From the NCBI GenBank assembly GCA_040954595.2, contig CM082594.2:7509573-7573572 (forward strand): a stretch of DNA of 64,000 nt, written 5' to 3'. A program made the translations under genes and the position numbers. Shown piece after piece: positions 42,001 through 53,233 of the stretch. This DNA is from Balanoglossus misakiensis (Eukaryota > Animalia > Hemichordata). Numbering within the stretch: the first letter of the stretch is position 1; every line of letters begins with the position of its first letter. The notes under the pieces are model-generated. The model was given only the letters and a program-made list of their open reading frames with translations. It was not told the origin of the DNA and searched no databases.

Positions 42001-45000
42001 CTGAGTCTCAACACTGATGGGAAAAGCTTGTTTGCTGACTATGTTGGACACCACCAGTTCAAAGGGATATATTCCTGGTTCATATTGATGAGCGAAACTG
42101 TACGGCAGAGAATCTACGATATCAGGCAGCGGAATATTTATGGATGGTGTATTATCCCCAAATGTGATTTCCACTGATGCGTTTGTTGGGATGGTGAATA
42201 TTGGATCTCTGTCCAGAATGAAGCTGATGTTGCCAGTTGGGTAGACAACAGGGCTGTCTGTTATGAAAGTGAATCCCTTCACTTCATGTTGGATGACCAC
42301 TGTGATCGGTTCATGTGTTTCCACGCTCAGTAGATTGCTGGCGACGACGAAGACAGCATAGATGCCGACTTCAGTGAACAGATGCTGTTTGCAATCCTTC
42401 TCTCTCCACTTAGTGGCGTTCCTGGTGGAGTACACTCGGTAGTTTGTCCCGAGGGTCCAATCGAAGGACACGCTGCTGCCAGCTGTCATGGACACGCAGA
42501 ATGTTATGACCGCTCCGACGGGTGACAGAGGCCGGTCTCCCCACAGACGCATGTTGGTGATCCTGCTTTCGATGTACGCCTGTTCGGTCTTAGACAAGGG
42601 TCGCGTGACCAGGTTCCACACTGTTACAGTGACATTGAAGTAGCCCGTATCATTGAAGTAAGAACTATCCACAACGGCATACCCACCCATGCCAGTGATG
42701 TAAGTAGGTACTGCATTTCCGTCGAACTCTACCAGCCCGTCGATGTCAGTGCCGATCAAAACGGTGAAATTGACCGTCAAGTTGAAACCAAACTCTCCAA
42801 AAAGCCCATCTGTTATATTCAGCTGCACGATGGGATGCTGGATGACCACATCGGTGTATCCCTGTACATAGTCATGGTAAAAGTTTGTACAGTTCAGTTC
42901 CGCAGTGTAGATCAGAGCCTGGCTGTACGTGTATTCGATCTCGGTCCCACTGAAGTAAGTGTTGTCCACCAAAGTTTGGTTGCCGTCGCCAAACTTCAGG
43001 GTGCAGTTGAATCTCCGATTTCCACGCTCCCTCGTCAGCAAGAACACCGTCGGTTCGCCGAAGGCAGTTGCGTCGGATACGTTAATGTGGAGTCCGCGAA
43101 TACGATGAGGCACCGGCGGCAGAAGCACGAGGAAGGGTTCGTTGGCGACGGCTCTAACACTGCTCAGATGGTTGGATGCCTTGACGGTGACCAGGTGAGA
43201 GCCGAGAGCGATGAACGCATGCTTGCACATCGGGTGCGTGGTCACCACCGGTCGCGATCCGTCTTGGTAGTCGCACTCGTACACGACGTTCGTGCCTTGT
43301 TCAATGTACATCATAACGAACGCCGACTTATCAGTGTGCGTTGTGCTGTTCCCGCGGACGTAGACCTGTAAGCCTCTAACCGGGTACTCGACATGCGCCA
43401 CGTCGGTAATGGTCAGACTGTTGAGCTTATTCGCTGCTGTTACAGTCACGGTGAACGATCCAGGCCAGGGAAAGATATACTCCACTGTCACGTACATACC
43501 CACATCTGCCTGTAGATACTCAAACGGTTCCGAACCATCACCAGTATCCAGCGTATACACCACATCAGTTCCGTGAGTTATCATCCAAACGAAGAGAGTA
43601 GGGGTGCCCGGCTCAACAGCAAACACTTCTTGGACAAATTCTAACTTTTCGACGCTCTCCTGTACAAAGAAGTCCTGGATGGTTGTGAACTCACTAACCA
43701 GGTTTCGGGTAACGAGATTCACCTTGTACGATCCTGTTGCAAAAAAGAAACAGATACTGGTAGGTCTGATCATGCAATGTGGCTGAAAGTGTACTGGCTT
43801 GCTCACAAATACTATAGCTGTCAAAGTGATGTGTCTAACGTAGCACATTCATAATTGCTCTTCAGTTTTTAAATTTCCTTACCAGCATCCTTGTAGACGT
43901 AGTCATGGGTGAACTGGAATGTATCATAATGAAAACCATCTCCATAGTTCCAGGAAAAACTCACATTGTGGGTTCCACCAGAGAATGGATTGACAGTAAA
44001 CTGGAACATCTCTCCTGTATGTGAAATTTTGGCACAGTGTTATAAATTCCAAAGCATTTACAACAACAAAGGTTCCTCTGTATTTCAAAATATTGAATTG
44101 GAGAAAGTTATAATGAATTGAGATATACATTTTACGATGAAAAACCCTCCTAATTTACTTTCAACTGGCAAACATGCAAACCACCTACCCTTGACTCTGA
44201 CATCTGGGATGAAAGTCACATCTGTTATTCTATTCTGGACTGTGACTGTTGTTCTAGCAACAGCATCACTAAAGGGGTTTTGCATGAAACATTTGATCCT
44301 GTACGACCCTTCAGTGTCATAGCCATGTGTCCCTAGAAATACAGCACAAACGTTAAAACATTGGAAAACCCGGTTGATTATTTTTAGAGGTATAATCAAA
44401 TTTACTCAATACTTCACAGCATGCCATGATTATACAAAACCTGACCAATCATGAATGGCATATTTCAGTCTCTATAATCCTGGTACTTTCTTCGACTAAG
44501 TTATCTTGAAATTTCCAGGAGTAAATTTCACTTCTCTAGTGGTTCAAAATCGAAGAACTTTCCAGGATTTTCCAGGGATGTCCAAACCTTGGATTTACCC
44601 TGAAGTGTGAGATGAAAAGTGGAAGAAAACATACCTGTAAAGAACGATTTACGTCCTGTGTATGTAGCATCATAAGGTCCACTGGTTGTTCCGTCTCCCC
44701 AGTCAAAGGTCATCGCCACGTTGCTGCCGTTGAATGCAACACACTGAGCTTCCAAGGTTTCCTGCCTGGTGTGCGGGGACACAGCATACAGGCCGGCGTC
44801 GCCGATCAGAGAGTCGATCTGAGTGAACGTCTGCGCTGTTTGTTCACTGACGTCATTGTGAGCCCTCGCAGTGATGGTGAACGTATCTGGGTGCGCGTAG
44901 GAGTGGCCGAAGACTGCAAGTTCGCTGTTGGTTGTGTTGAACCCATCCCCGAAGTCGTAGTCGTACAGAATCTTGTTCCCGGTCGCCGTGCTTACTCTGA

Positions 45001-48000
45001 TTTCAACGTAGACATCAATGGGGCTGTTGTGGCTCTCGACTAGGGCATTCGTGATGCGCTCTTGCACTTCGACTGTCATGGGTGGGGACATCATCCAGGA
45101 AACGACATTCGATACATTTACAGTGACATCAAAGTAACCAATCTGCTCGTAAACATGGGTCGCAGCTGGGTCATCTGTATACAGGTCAACGCCATCACCA
45201 AAATACCACACAAAGTGGACATCATTACCTCTGGTCCATACCACACCAAAGTCAACTGTGTCTGTAGTCGCTAGAACCTCGGTAATGTTCATAAGTTCTA
45301 CACCTTCAACTGGGTCCTGGATAATGATGGAATTGGTATCAGAAACTTCTGGATAGTTTTTCACCACACACTGAACTTCGTAGGTGTTGAACGTGGTATA
45401 GTTGTGGTACGTCACACCAGAGTCATAGGCTACCTCCGACTCACCATCACCAAAGTGCCACTCAAATTCAAGCCCTTGCCCGGTGTGCCAGGTCACATCA
45501 CAGAACATTCTGACAGGAATTTCACTGGTTCCGTACTCCGGCAAGTGCACGTTATTTGGTTTGACGGCCGTGACTTCAAAACTGTGGTCCAAGACGCTCG
45601 CTATGTTGTCCGAGTTGATTTCCACTGTGTAAGTGCCTGGTTCCGCGTAGTAGTGCTCATACAAGACATCAAAGCTCCAGTCTCCTGAGGCATCTCCGTC
45701 ACCGTACGCCCACTTGTACACGACTTCATTCCCAGTCAGGATAGTAGAGCTGAAGTTGAACCAGCATCCGGCAAGGACGAGATTCCAGTCATTTGTGGTG
45801 TTATCTCCGGGATAGAGGACAAATGATCCGTTTAAACCAGTAATCCTTTCCCTGGCCACAGTGTACAGAGTAATCTCTACTTCGCTGATATTGTTGTACA
45901 CACGCACATGTGTTGAGTAGTTGCCAATCACGTCAAAATGGTAAGACTGCTTGTCTGGAATCTTCACATTTGCATCATCCTGAAACTCTTCGATTTCAAG
46001 GTATGGCGCAGACTGGATGGTACTGCCATCGGGGAAGGTCCAAACAAACCTAGCAAAAGTTCCTTGGGTGACTTCAACATGCATTTCATAGGGTTCATCG
46101 GTACATGCGTAGTATAGTCCCAGATCACGTGTGAAATCCATGCCTTGGATACTCAAAACTCGGTACTGCGAGGCAACCCAGTAAGACACTGCCTGGACTG
46201 GGTTCCCCAAAGGATTATTGTACTCTACGGACACTTCAAACATTTCAGAACTGCTGTAGCTGTGAGACATCCACGAAGACGTCTTTTTGGACATGACAGC
46301 TCTGATGTAGAACTCCGCATTCAAATACTGCACCTGGTTGTGGATAGGATTCAGCCTATCACGGACGTAGATGTGACTTTGGTTGATAAAGAACACTGAT
46401 TGGCTGGCTGTGGAGTTGGCCACCTGGGCAATCTCTCCAATCGGTGGATATGCAGCCTTAGGGTAGTACCAGGGAAGGATCTCATCGTAGGGTATATAGC
46501 CAATCAAATCGTGAGGCCTGACTTTGAGTCTGCTACTTACATCCAGTGTGAATAAGTTGTAACCAGGGTCGAGGTAGACAATGGTTTCCCCGGCAACTTT
46601 GTAACCCAGCAACATTTCAGCAAGCACCTCGGGATCTGTACATTCCCCGTAATCGTAATCATACATTGATGCGTACGGCACGGAAACATTGCACCAGGTT
46701 CCATTGATGTGATCGACGCCTAAAGCCAGCGCTGTTACATTGTCACATTCTATCAGCTTGTACGTGTCGTTCAGCTTCTTGCGATAGTGAAATGTTGTGA
46801 TTGACGCGCATGTGGTGTTACGTACACAAAAAGTGGTTCCATTGCTGCAAGCCATTTCACTGACGGGTGGACAGGGTAGGTATTTGGACATACAGGAACG
46901 GTTGAAAGCACAATATTTCTCTTCTTCTCCGCATATAGGTCTGTAGATCTGTCAGCCAGAGAGCAGGGGAAATGAACTTGAAATTCGAAATCATTTCTTT
47001 GTATATTAGCTAAACTAACTTACCACCAAAATTAATTTGCCAGGCATATTGAAGCGCTAGAGACCAACCTGTAGCTTGACTTGTCCCTCCTTGACAGCAT
47101 ACACCTCCCAAGCCTCAACTTTTCCGAACTGCTTGAACTCGTAGGCAGGTAGGATAAAAACTCCTACGTGACCCATAGGTTCAGGCAGCAATGGCTGCAG
47201 TGGTTTGGAGAGTCTTCTAGGAACAGTTGGACCAACACTAACTCTTTGGGCATCTAGGGTGAAGAAAATACAACACATTCTCCTAGGTATACTGCTTAAA
47301 AACGTTTCTGTTTACTGAGGGGAACACAATGACATTTATCTCTTTGGAAGAAACTTGAAGTGTGGATACATACAAGACTCGTATTACTGTACTAGTAAAC
47401 TCACCTGCAATCTTGAATTCACTTGTAGGACTGTCGTCGTTGAAATTCCATGTAATCTGCATGGCAGTTCCTTGTCCAGCCCAGCTGACACACTCAAAAA
47501 CATGATCAACTTCAATGAACGGGTTGCATCTTGTACCAACATCTGTAAGTGTGGATTATGAGTGGATAGTGGTAAACTAGCTTTCTATATACACAATCTT
47601 AAGACAAGGTTAAAATGGTCTTAGTCATTCGAACAGTTCAAATATCACACTGCAATATCCAATATGAATAGACATGCCACTAGCACTGCAAGAATTTCAC
47701 TTTGACTTGATCTTTAGATGTACTTCTTACTAATGCAAAAGCCCCAAAACTTTTCAAACCTGATATAGGCATTTCAACGTAGACTTCTCTCCTGGCTTCG
47801 ATGGGACCCGATGCATTATTTCTCGCAGTGGCGATCACTAGAAACATCCCAGTCTCCATGAAGATGTGAGGTTCTGGCGAGTCATATTCATCACCTATGA
47901 GAGTACCATCACCGAAATTGAATCTAAACACTGTTCCTTCTGACCCTGCCTCCAGACTTATTTCCAAAGTTGTTTCCTTGTAAACTTCAATAAAACCTAG

Positions 48001-49096
48001 AAAAGTCATAATGACATTTATAATGATATTTGGGAAAAATCTGCAGTAGGAATGAGAATGCAATAGAGCAAAAAGAATTGTCCCTGAAACCATGCAGACA
48101 CCGTATATCGACTGATCCACACAACTGAATAGAGTTGAGGCTCAAGATCATGGTATGAAATTACCTGGATCCTCTATCTGGAAGTTCTTCACAGATGTTG
48201 AAGTACTGTAGACAGTAGAAAAGGAATTGGTACCGCAAACATGAGTTGGCGAGCCAACACACAGATTGTCACACTGTGTCTCATCACTGTCGCCATATGA
48301 ACCACCATCTAAGCTACAGAGACACAAGTAGCCTTTGAGCAGAGCTGCATATTGGTAGTCTTTCTTCTTACACAGGCCAAGACACTGCATTGGAGTGAGT
48401 TGGTTGATATCATAGCTACCGCCCGATACTCTCCCCTCCCTCAGATCAGGATTATCTTCGTAGCAACCATGATACGAGTCCTCTGAAAATATGAAGGAGC
48501 ACTGATTTATAAAATTTGCTTCATTTTTCGTACTCCTGATAACTTTTGCTCTGTTCGCATTTTGGCTACTTTTTTAATATTTTGTTTTGTGAATTTTCGC
48601 TTTTTCTCCCAGAAAACGGCTGTTTAAGACTGTTGCTGAGCAACCTAGCTTTAACAATAACAGAAACTTGAGTAAGTTTATTTGATCACCATTCGTAATC
48701 TGTAGTGTACACGGTCACATGTCACTTTCAGAGCTCCGCGTGCGCGTCTGTAATGTGTTCATTTTCTGTCCATTTCATGTTCTCCCACAACTAATTTTAA
48801 ACAACTAATTCTTTTCAGTTGACTCAACATTTCCTCTGGTAAAAGCCATAGACAGTCCGTATACAATACCGATAATTTGTTGAAAACCCGCTTGTTAGTT
48901 TGCTTAAAGCGTCGACCGCGCTGCACTACAATAATCTGCAAGTCAGCATTTCCCGCCCGTGAGTGCACATTTTGCACACACTTTCTTCGCTGTTATATTC
49001 ACTTGAAGCGAACTTACCTAACTCAACGGCTTTGTATAACTGAAAGAAAAGCACAGGAAGAAGAAACACACAATGTTTCCAGTCAAAAACTCGCAT
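30084..49096 (-). CDS. Polycystin-1-like receptor (signal peptide, WSC, many PKD repeats, REJ, GAIN/GPS, PLAT, polycystin-channel-like TM region, C-terminal coiled coil)
   Basis: Exon 1 (49018-49096) reads MRVFDWKHCVFLLPVLFFQLYKAVEL|gtaagt, a signal peptide. It is followed by WSC (YHGCYED..CLGLCKKKDYQYAAL..CLC), PKD repeats (WxFGDG / YDFGDG), REJ (LDASASYDPD, PVKGNCDVSPRIGRALDTKFVITC), GPS (CLYW..W..GCKV..THCHCNHL|SAF), PLAT (YIITVFTS..GAGTTSKV, ISVWHDGSG..PEWYL) and the polycystin domain (LIGSPRLRQLRV, YGGGGYV, WIDKYTRAVF). Confidence 0.92.
39344..39474. repeat. Long inverted repeat (fold-back, MITE-like) in an intron of the polycystin-1-like gene
   Basis: Left arm atatgaattaaagttatgtagcactctgtgatcaacgagttgaaacta..gcatgagc pairs with right arm gctcatgc..tagtttcaactcgttgatcacagagtgctacataaatttaattcatat around a ~12-nt loop. 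Confidence 0.85.
48632..48644. promoter_or_regulatory. RFX X-box-like palindrome GTTGCTGAGCAAC in intron 1 of the polycystin-1-like gene
   Basis: Resembles the GTTGC-N-GCAAC X-box consensus; ~450 bp into the gene from the start codon. Confidence 0.4.
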
Positions 49097-49171
49097 TTTA
49101 GACGTTTTTGCGCCTAGCTGTTCATCTATCCATCTTCACGCCTCATTTGCAATTTCGTCGACTGCTACAAA

Positions 49172-49184
49172 AGGTCAGAGGTCA
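49172..49184 (+). promoter_or_regulatory. Perfect DR1 nuclear-receptor element AGGTCAgAGGTCA just upstream of the polycystin-1-like ATG
   Basis: Direct sequence match ~76 bp upstream of ATG 49096. AGGTCA motifs are common elsewhere in the window, so specificity is uncertain. Confidence 0.3.
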
Positions 49185-49638
49185 ATCATACATACCACTA
49201 CATAGCCCATCGCTTGGTGGCGTTCAATCTTGTGTATGACAAACTTCCTTTCTCAGTGGTTTTAGAGAGTTTGAGTACAATTATACAATTATAAACTGAA
49301 AGCCACATTCAATCATGAAACAATGATCAGATTTACATGCATACCGTGAATGTGTTGCTATGTGCAAATGAGAGAAAATAGTTGGAACTCTACCATGCAA
49401 TGCATATTGGGAAATTTGAAACTTACAACTTCATGTACAACGTCATCACAACATTATTTGCTGAGAAATTAAAATACAAGAATCATATTTCTGTTTAAAT
49501 ATGCACCATGCAAGTTTTATTCATAAAGGGCTCATTTCAAAACTTACACATGTATAAAACAAAACACTCAGTACAAAGTGAACACTGCAGCATCGTTATA
49601 ATCACAGATCCTGAGAACTATGCTATTTTACTGATTTG

Positions 49639-52180
49639 CTACACAGTCCTGGCAAGACCGAGCTTTTTACTGATATATTCCAACTTCTTCTCTGCAGTCT
49701 TCAGCACAGCCCACTCTCTGACTGGAATCTGAAACAATAAACAAGGCAAACACTTGGTTGGAAATGTGTAAGTACAATATCTGTCAAGTATGAGATGACC
49801 CAGTGGATTTGTTCTTCTATGTCAAGTAAGCTGTGTCACTGATTAAACTTTCTTCACAAGCATCTTTCATCCTCCTCTCTAACAATCAGCTACTGACTTC
49901 AATGGAAACTCTCCTTTCATGTGTACCTACCCATACAACCTTGTACCCCAGTCTCCTCAGCTGTGTCTCCTTGGCAACACTGTTTCCAAGCAACCACATC
50001 ACTCCTTCATCTTCAAGCAAGTTGTTGACATAGAAGGAATCTGGTGCCAACAGTACAGCATACCTGAAAATAGGGTTACATTTAATGATGAAGAGTGACT
50101 GCAATTCTCAAATATCCCCACACATTGTCCTTACTCAAAGCCTTGCTAGGAATATCAATATATAGACATTACCTCTTGTCTGATGTACAATCACTGGTGG
50201 TGTCACTTGGTGAAGGCTTTTTCATTACTCTGCAATCTTGAAATAAATAACAATATATATTGTTTGTGAATGAAGGTTAATGGATATGGGGAAACACTAT
50301 AAGGAAATCAACACTGAGCTTTTGATCACAGATTTCTGAGTATGCACTTACCTATTACAAAATCAGGATATATATTAACGTCTAATTCAACATCATGGCC
50401 ATCATCAACCAATGATTCAATGGTCTTCTTGATGGAAATTTGCAGAACCTTCCTTGCGTCAATCTTGCTGGTAATCACTCCTTTATTTCTAACCTGCAGT
50501 AGTTTTGTTGATCTCTCCAGAGAAAGCTGTGATTTTGTGTCTTCGTCGCAACAGATCTCAACTGCCCTGAAGATGCTCTGTATTTTCCTTTTTTTCTTCT
50601 TCAGAAGTTTCTTGTCTTAAGAAAATGAAAGACACAAAAATGCAGTTATTCTCCATCAGCAAAATGATTACTTATGGAGAATAATGAACATTACTTTTGC
50701 CAACAATAACAAAACAGTTTGCACGTCCTTATAAAAATCATTTCGCTGACTAACCCTTTGTTTTAAAGAGGACCTCTTCACATTTTTGGCTGAACACAAA
50801 CTTCAGCAACTCTACGGGAAATCTCCCCATCAGGGTGGCAGTGTGGACGATATCTACAATGTATCCACATCTCTTTGCATTGTTTGCTGTTGGAAGAAGC
50901 TGCCATGCTCTTTCCTCAATGCACTCACAGAAGTCCTTCAGAGGTGGCGGATGAAAGTTCAGTTCACCATATGGTAACAGCAAGCCAGAACAGGTCAAGA
51001 GACTGTCGACGTTGTCTGTCAGTTCTGTTGGGTTTTCGTGCCTCAAAGTAACCACTCGATTTGCAACTTTCTCCAGCAGGGGTCTGTTCAAGAACTTCAG
51101 AGACGAATAAGCTTTGAACGCCCTGGCTATTTCCATGTAAGACCAGTCATCAATATTGTTGTCTATTATTTGAACACTGCGTTGTAATAGATCTGGATTA
51201 TAGAAATCTAGCTCTCCACATGCGCTTAGAGTTTGGGCCCAAGAATCTGGATGGACGTCAGAACTCCTGACTGCAAGCTGACTAGCGACATCTAGAACAT
51301 GCTCGGGGTTACGGCCAATCCCAGCAAAGCTGTTGAAAACGAAAGCTATTCTCGCCAAGTTCGATTCTTTCGTGGCGTACAACGCAGCAGCGATCCGGTC
51401 CTCAAATTTTGCCATCATTCTCTCGGGAAGCACGGTGCTCAGGGAGACCATTAGGGAGGTGAGCACATTTGCTGAAATGGCCTCTCCCACAAAGTCTCTG
51501 CTTAACAACGCAATGGCCTGCAGCATTGCAGTAACCTGGTCGGTTTTCCACAGGGCGTTGAGGGCCCGGGCGAGAGCAGCCAGTTCGTTGACGGTCATAT
51601 CATTCATTCGATTTTCGGCCTGGTGCAGCAGAGTTTGCATCACGGCTGAGTTCTTGGGCACCCCGGTCTTTCCCAGTTGCAGCAGACATGCAATCAATTG
51701 CCTGTCCTCCAGAAACTTGGCTTTCCGCATGACGACATCAAAAAGTGGTGTGAAATCCTTCAAGGCAAGATCTGTTTCTGCAGAATCAGACAGCTGCCGA
51801 AACAGTTGGACGGTTTCAATTATCTGATGTCCATCGAGATTTCCACCATGGGCGTCCACAAGACTCATCAGCTGTTTCAGGCTGTCTACATTCTGTACCA
51901 AGTCTACAGATTTCTCATCACCAGGTGGTTTTTCATCTACATTCATATCACTGTACCTCAGGCTCACAGTACTAAAACATTGTGAACTGCCATGAGATAG
52001 CCTGGCAGCAGGCACAAGCGATCTTGTGATACATTTCAGTCCAAAGGGGTATGAACTTATTGGAGCTTTCCACACACATCTTTGAGCTGACCAGCGACAG
52101 GTAGAGCTGGTTATTATCTTGTTATGACAACGGAGTGTTTCAAATACCACACTTGGTCTTTTCAAAATGTTCAAAGCCAT
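49639..52180 (-). CDS. FASTKD2: FAST kinase domain-containing protein 2-like (mitochondrial, RAP domain)
   Basis: ATG at 52180 with an Arg/Ser-rich presequence. VMRKAKFLEDRQLIACLLQLGKTGVPKNSAVMQTLLHQAENRMND resembles the FASTKD2 segment. RAP-like end YAVLLAP..QLRRLGYKVVW|IPVREW..YISKKL. Stop at 49639-49641. Confidence 0.8.
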
Positions 52181-52295
52181 TTCATCAGTTTTTTTCAGTT
52201 CAAAACCATCTGCCAATAAAGAATGACAAAACAGAATTTAAAAGAAAAGTGTCATTTTATCATCATGGTTTCTCTTTTATAATAAATGTATTGCA

Positions 52296-52358
52296 TGAAT
52301 GAATGGATGAATGAATGAATGAATGAATGAATGAATGAATGAACGAACGAACGAATGA
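52296..52358. repeat. (TGAA)n/(CGAA)n tetranucleotide microsatellite
   Basis: Direct run atgaatgaatggatgaatgaat...gaacgaacgaacgaatgaa. Confidence 0.9.
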
Positions 52359-52455
52359 ACTTGCACTTATCAACCTGAGAATGCATGACATCATGTATAT
52401 ACTGTAATTAACACTTTTTAAGAACACATTGATGGACAGAAAGCCCAATTATGTT

Positions 52456-52465
52456 GTCACGTGAC
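52456..52465. promoter_or_regulatory. Palindromic E-box/CLEAR element GTCACGTGAC in the FASTKD2/RHEB divergent region
   Basis: Exact 10-bp match to the CLEAR (MiT/TFE) / USF consensus. Confidence 0.4.
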
Positions 52466-53233
52466 TGAAGGAAGCCACCATGCACATAAATGACATTTCT
52501 CATTCTGAAATAAACACGATCGATCGCACTGAAAACGGAAACAAGTCTTCCTCCTTAGTCTAAACACGGTCTGAAGTTTAACACAATTAATGACAGGTGA
52601 TCAACTATTTACCATTTGCATTTGTTTACAAACATCCCACGCGACGTGCACTATAAAAGCAATTCACACCTATGTCAGCTGCAGCATAAGACAGCTGGCA
52701 TGCCCTCTGACGTATTATTGACAGTCGTAAAACGTGTGATTTGCGACAATTTTATATATCTGACAAAACCTGCATATCACGGCAATGTAAACACATAAAA
52801 CTGTGAAATAAGACCGAAAGCTACAACAGAATAATTTTAAACCTGTATTTTGATTTTTTTTCAGTAAAATATACTTTTTCATTGTTTACGACAAACTAAC
52901 CTCTTTCGCCACTGGGAGAGCAGAATAATTACACAACGCGTTTTTGATCTTCATTGATTGGGATTTTGTGAATAAAATAACTCTTAACTTCTATATAATT
53001 ACGATAACCTCAGAAAAAAATATATGTCTGACAAACAAGGTGAATTTACTATTTTACAAATACGTTGAGTATTGCAATGGTGAACGAGGTAACGCTGTGG
53101 CACCTAAGCTATTCCTACACGCGTTGTGGTAAGGTGCTTCCGTATCGAATTTTCGCTCGAGATAGTCCGTAATTTCGTCAACTTTTGATGAAAAGCGAGC
53201 TTCAGCTTAAAGCCAGACTCTTCAGCAAGCAAA

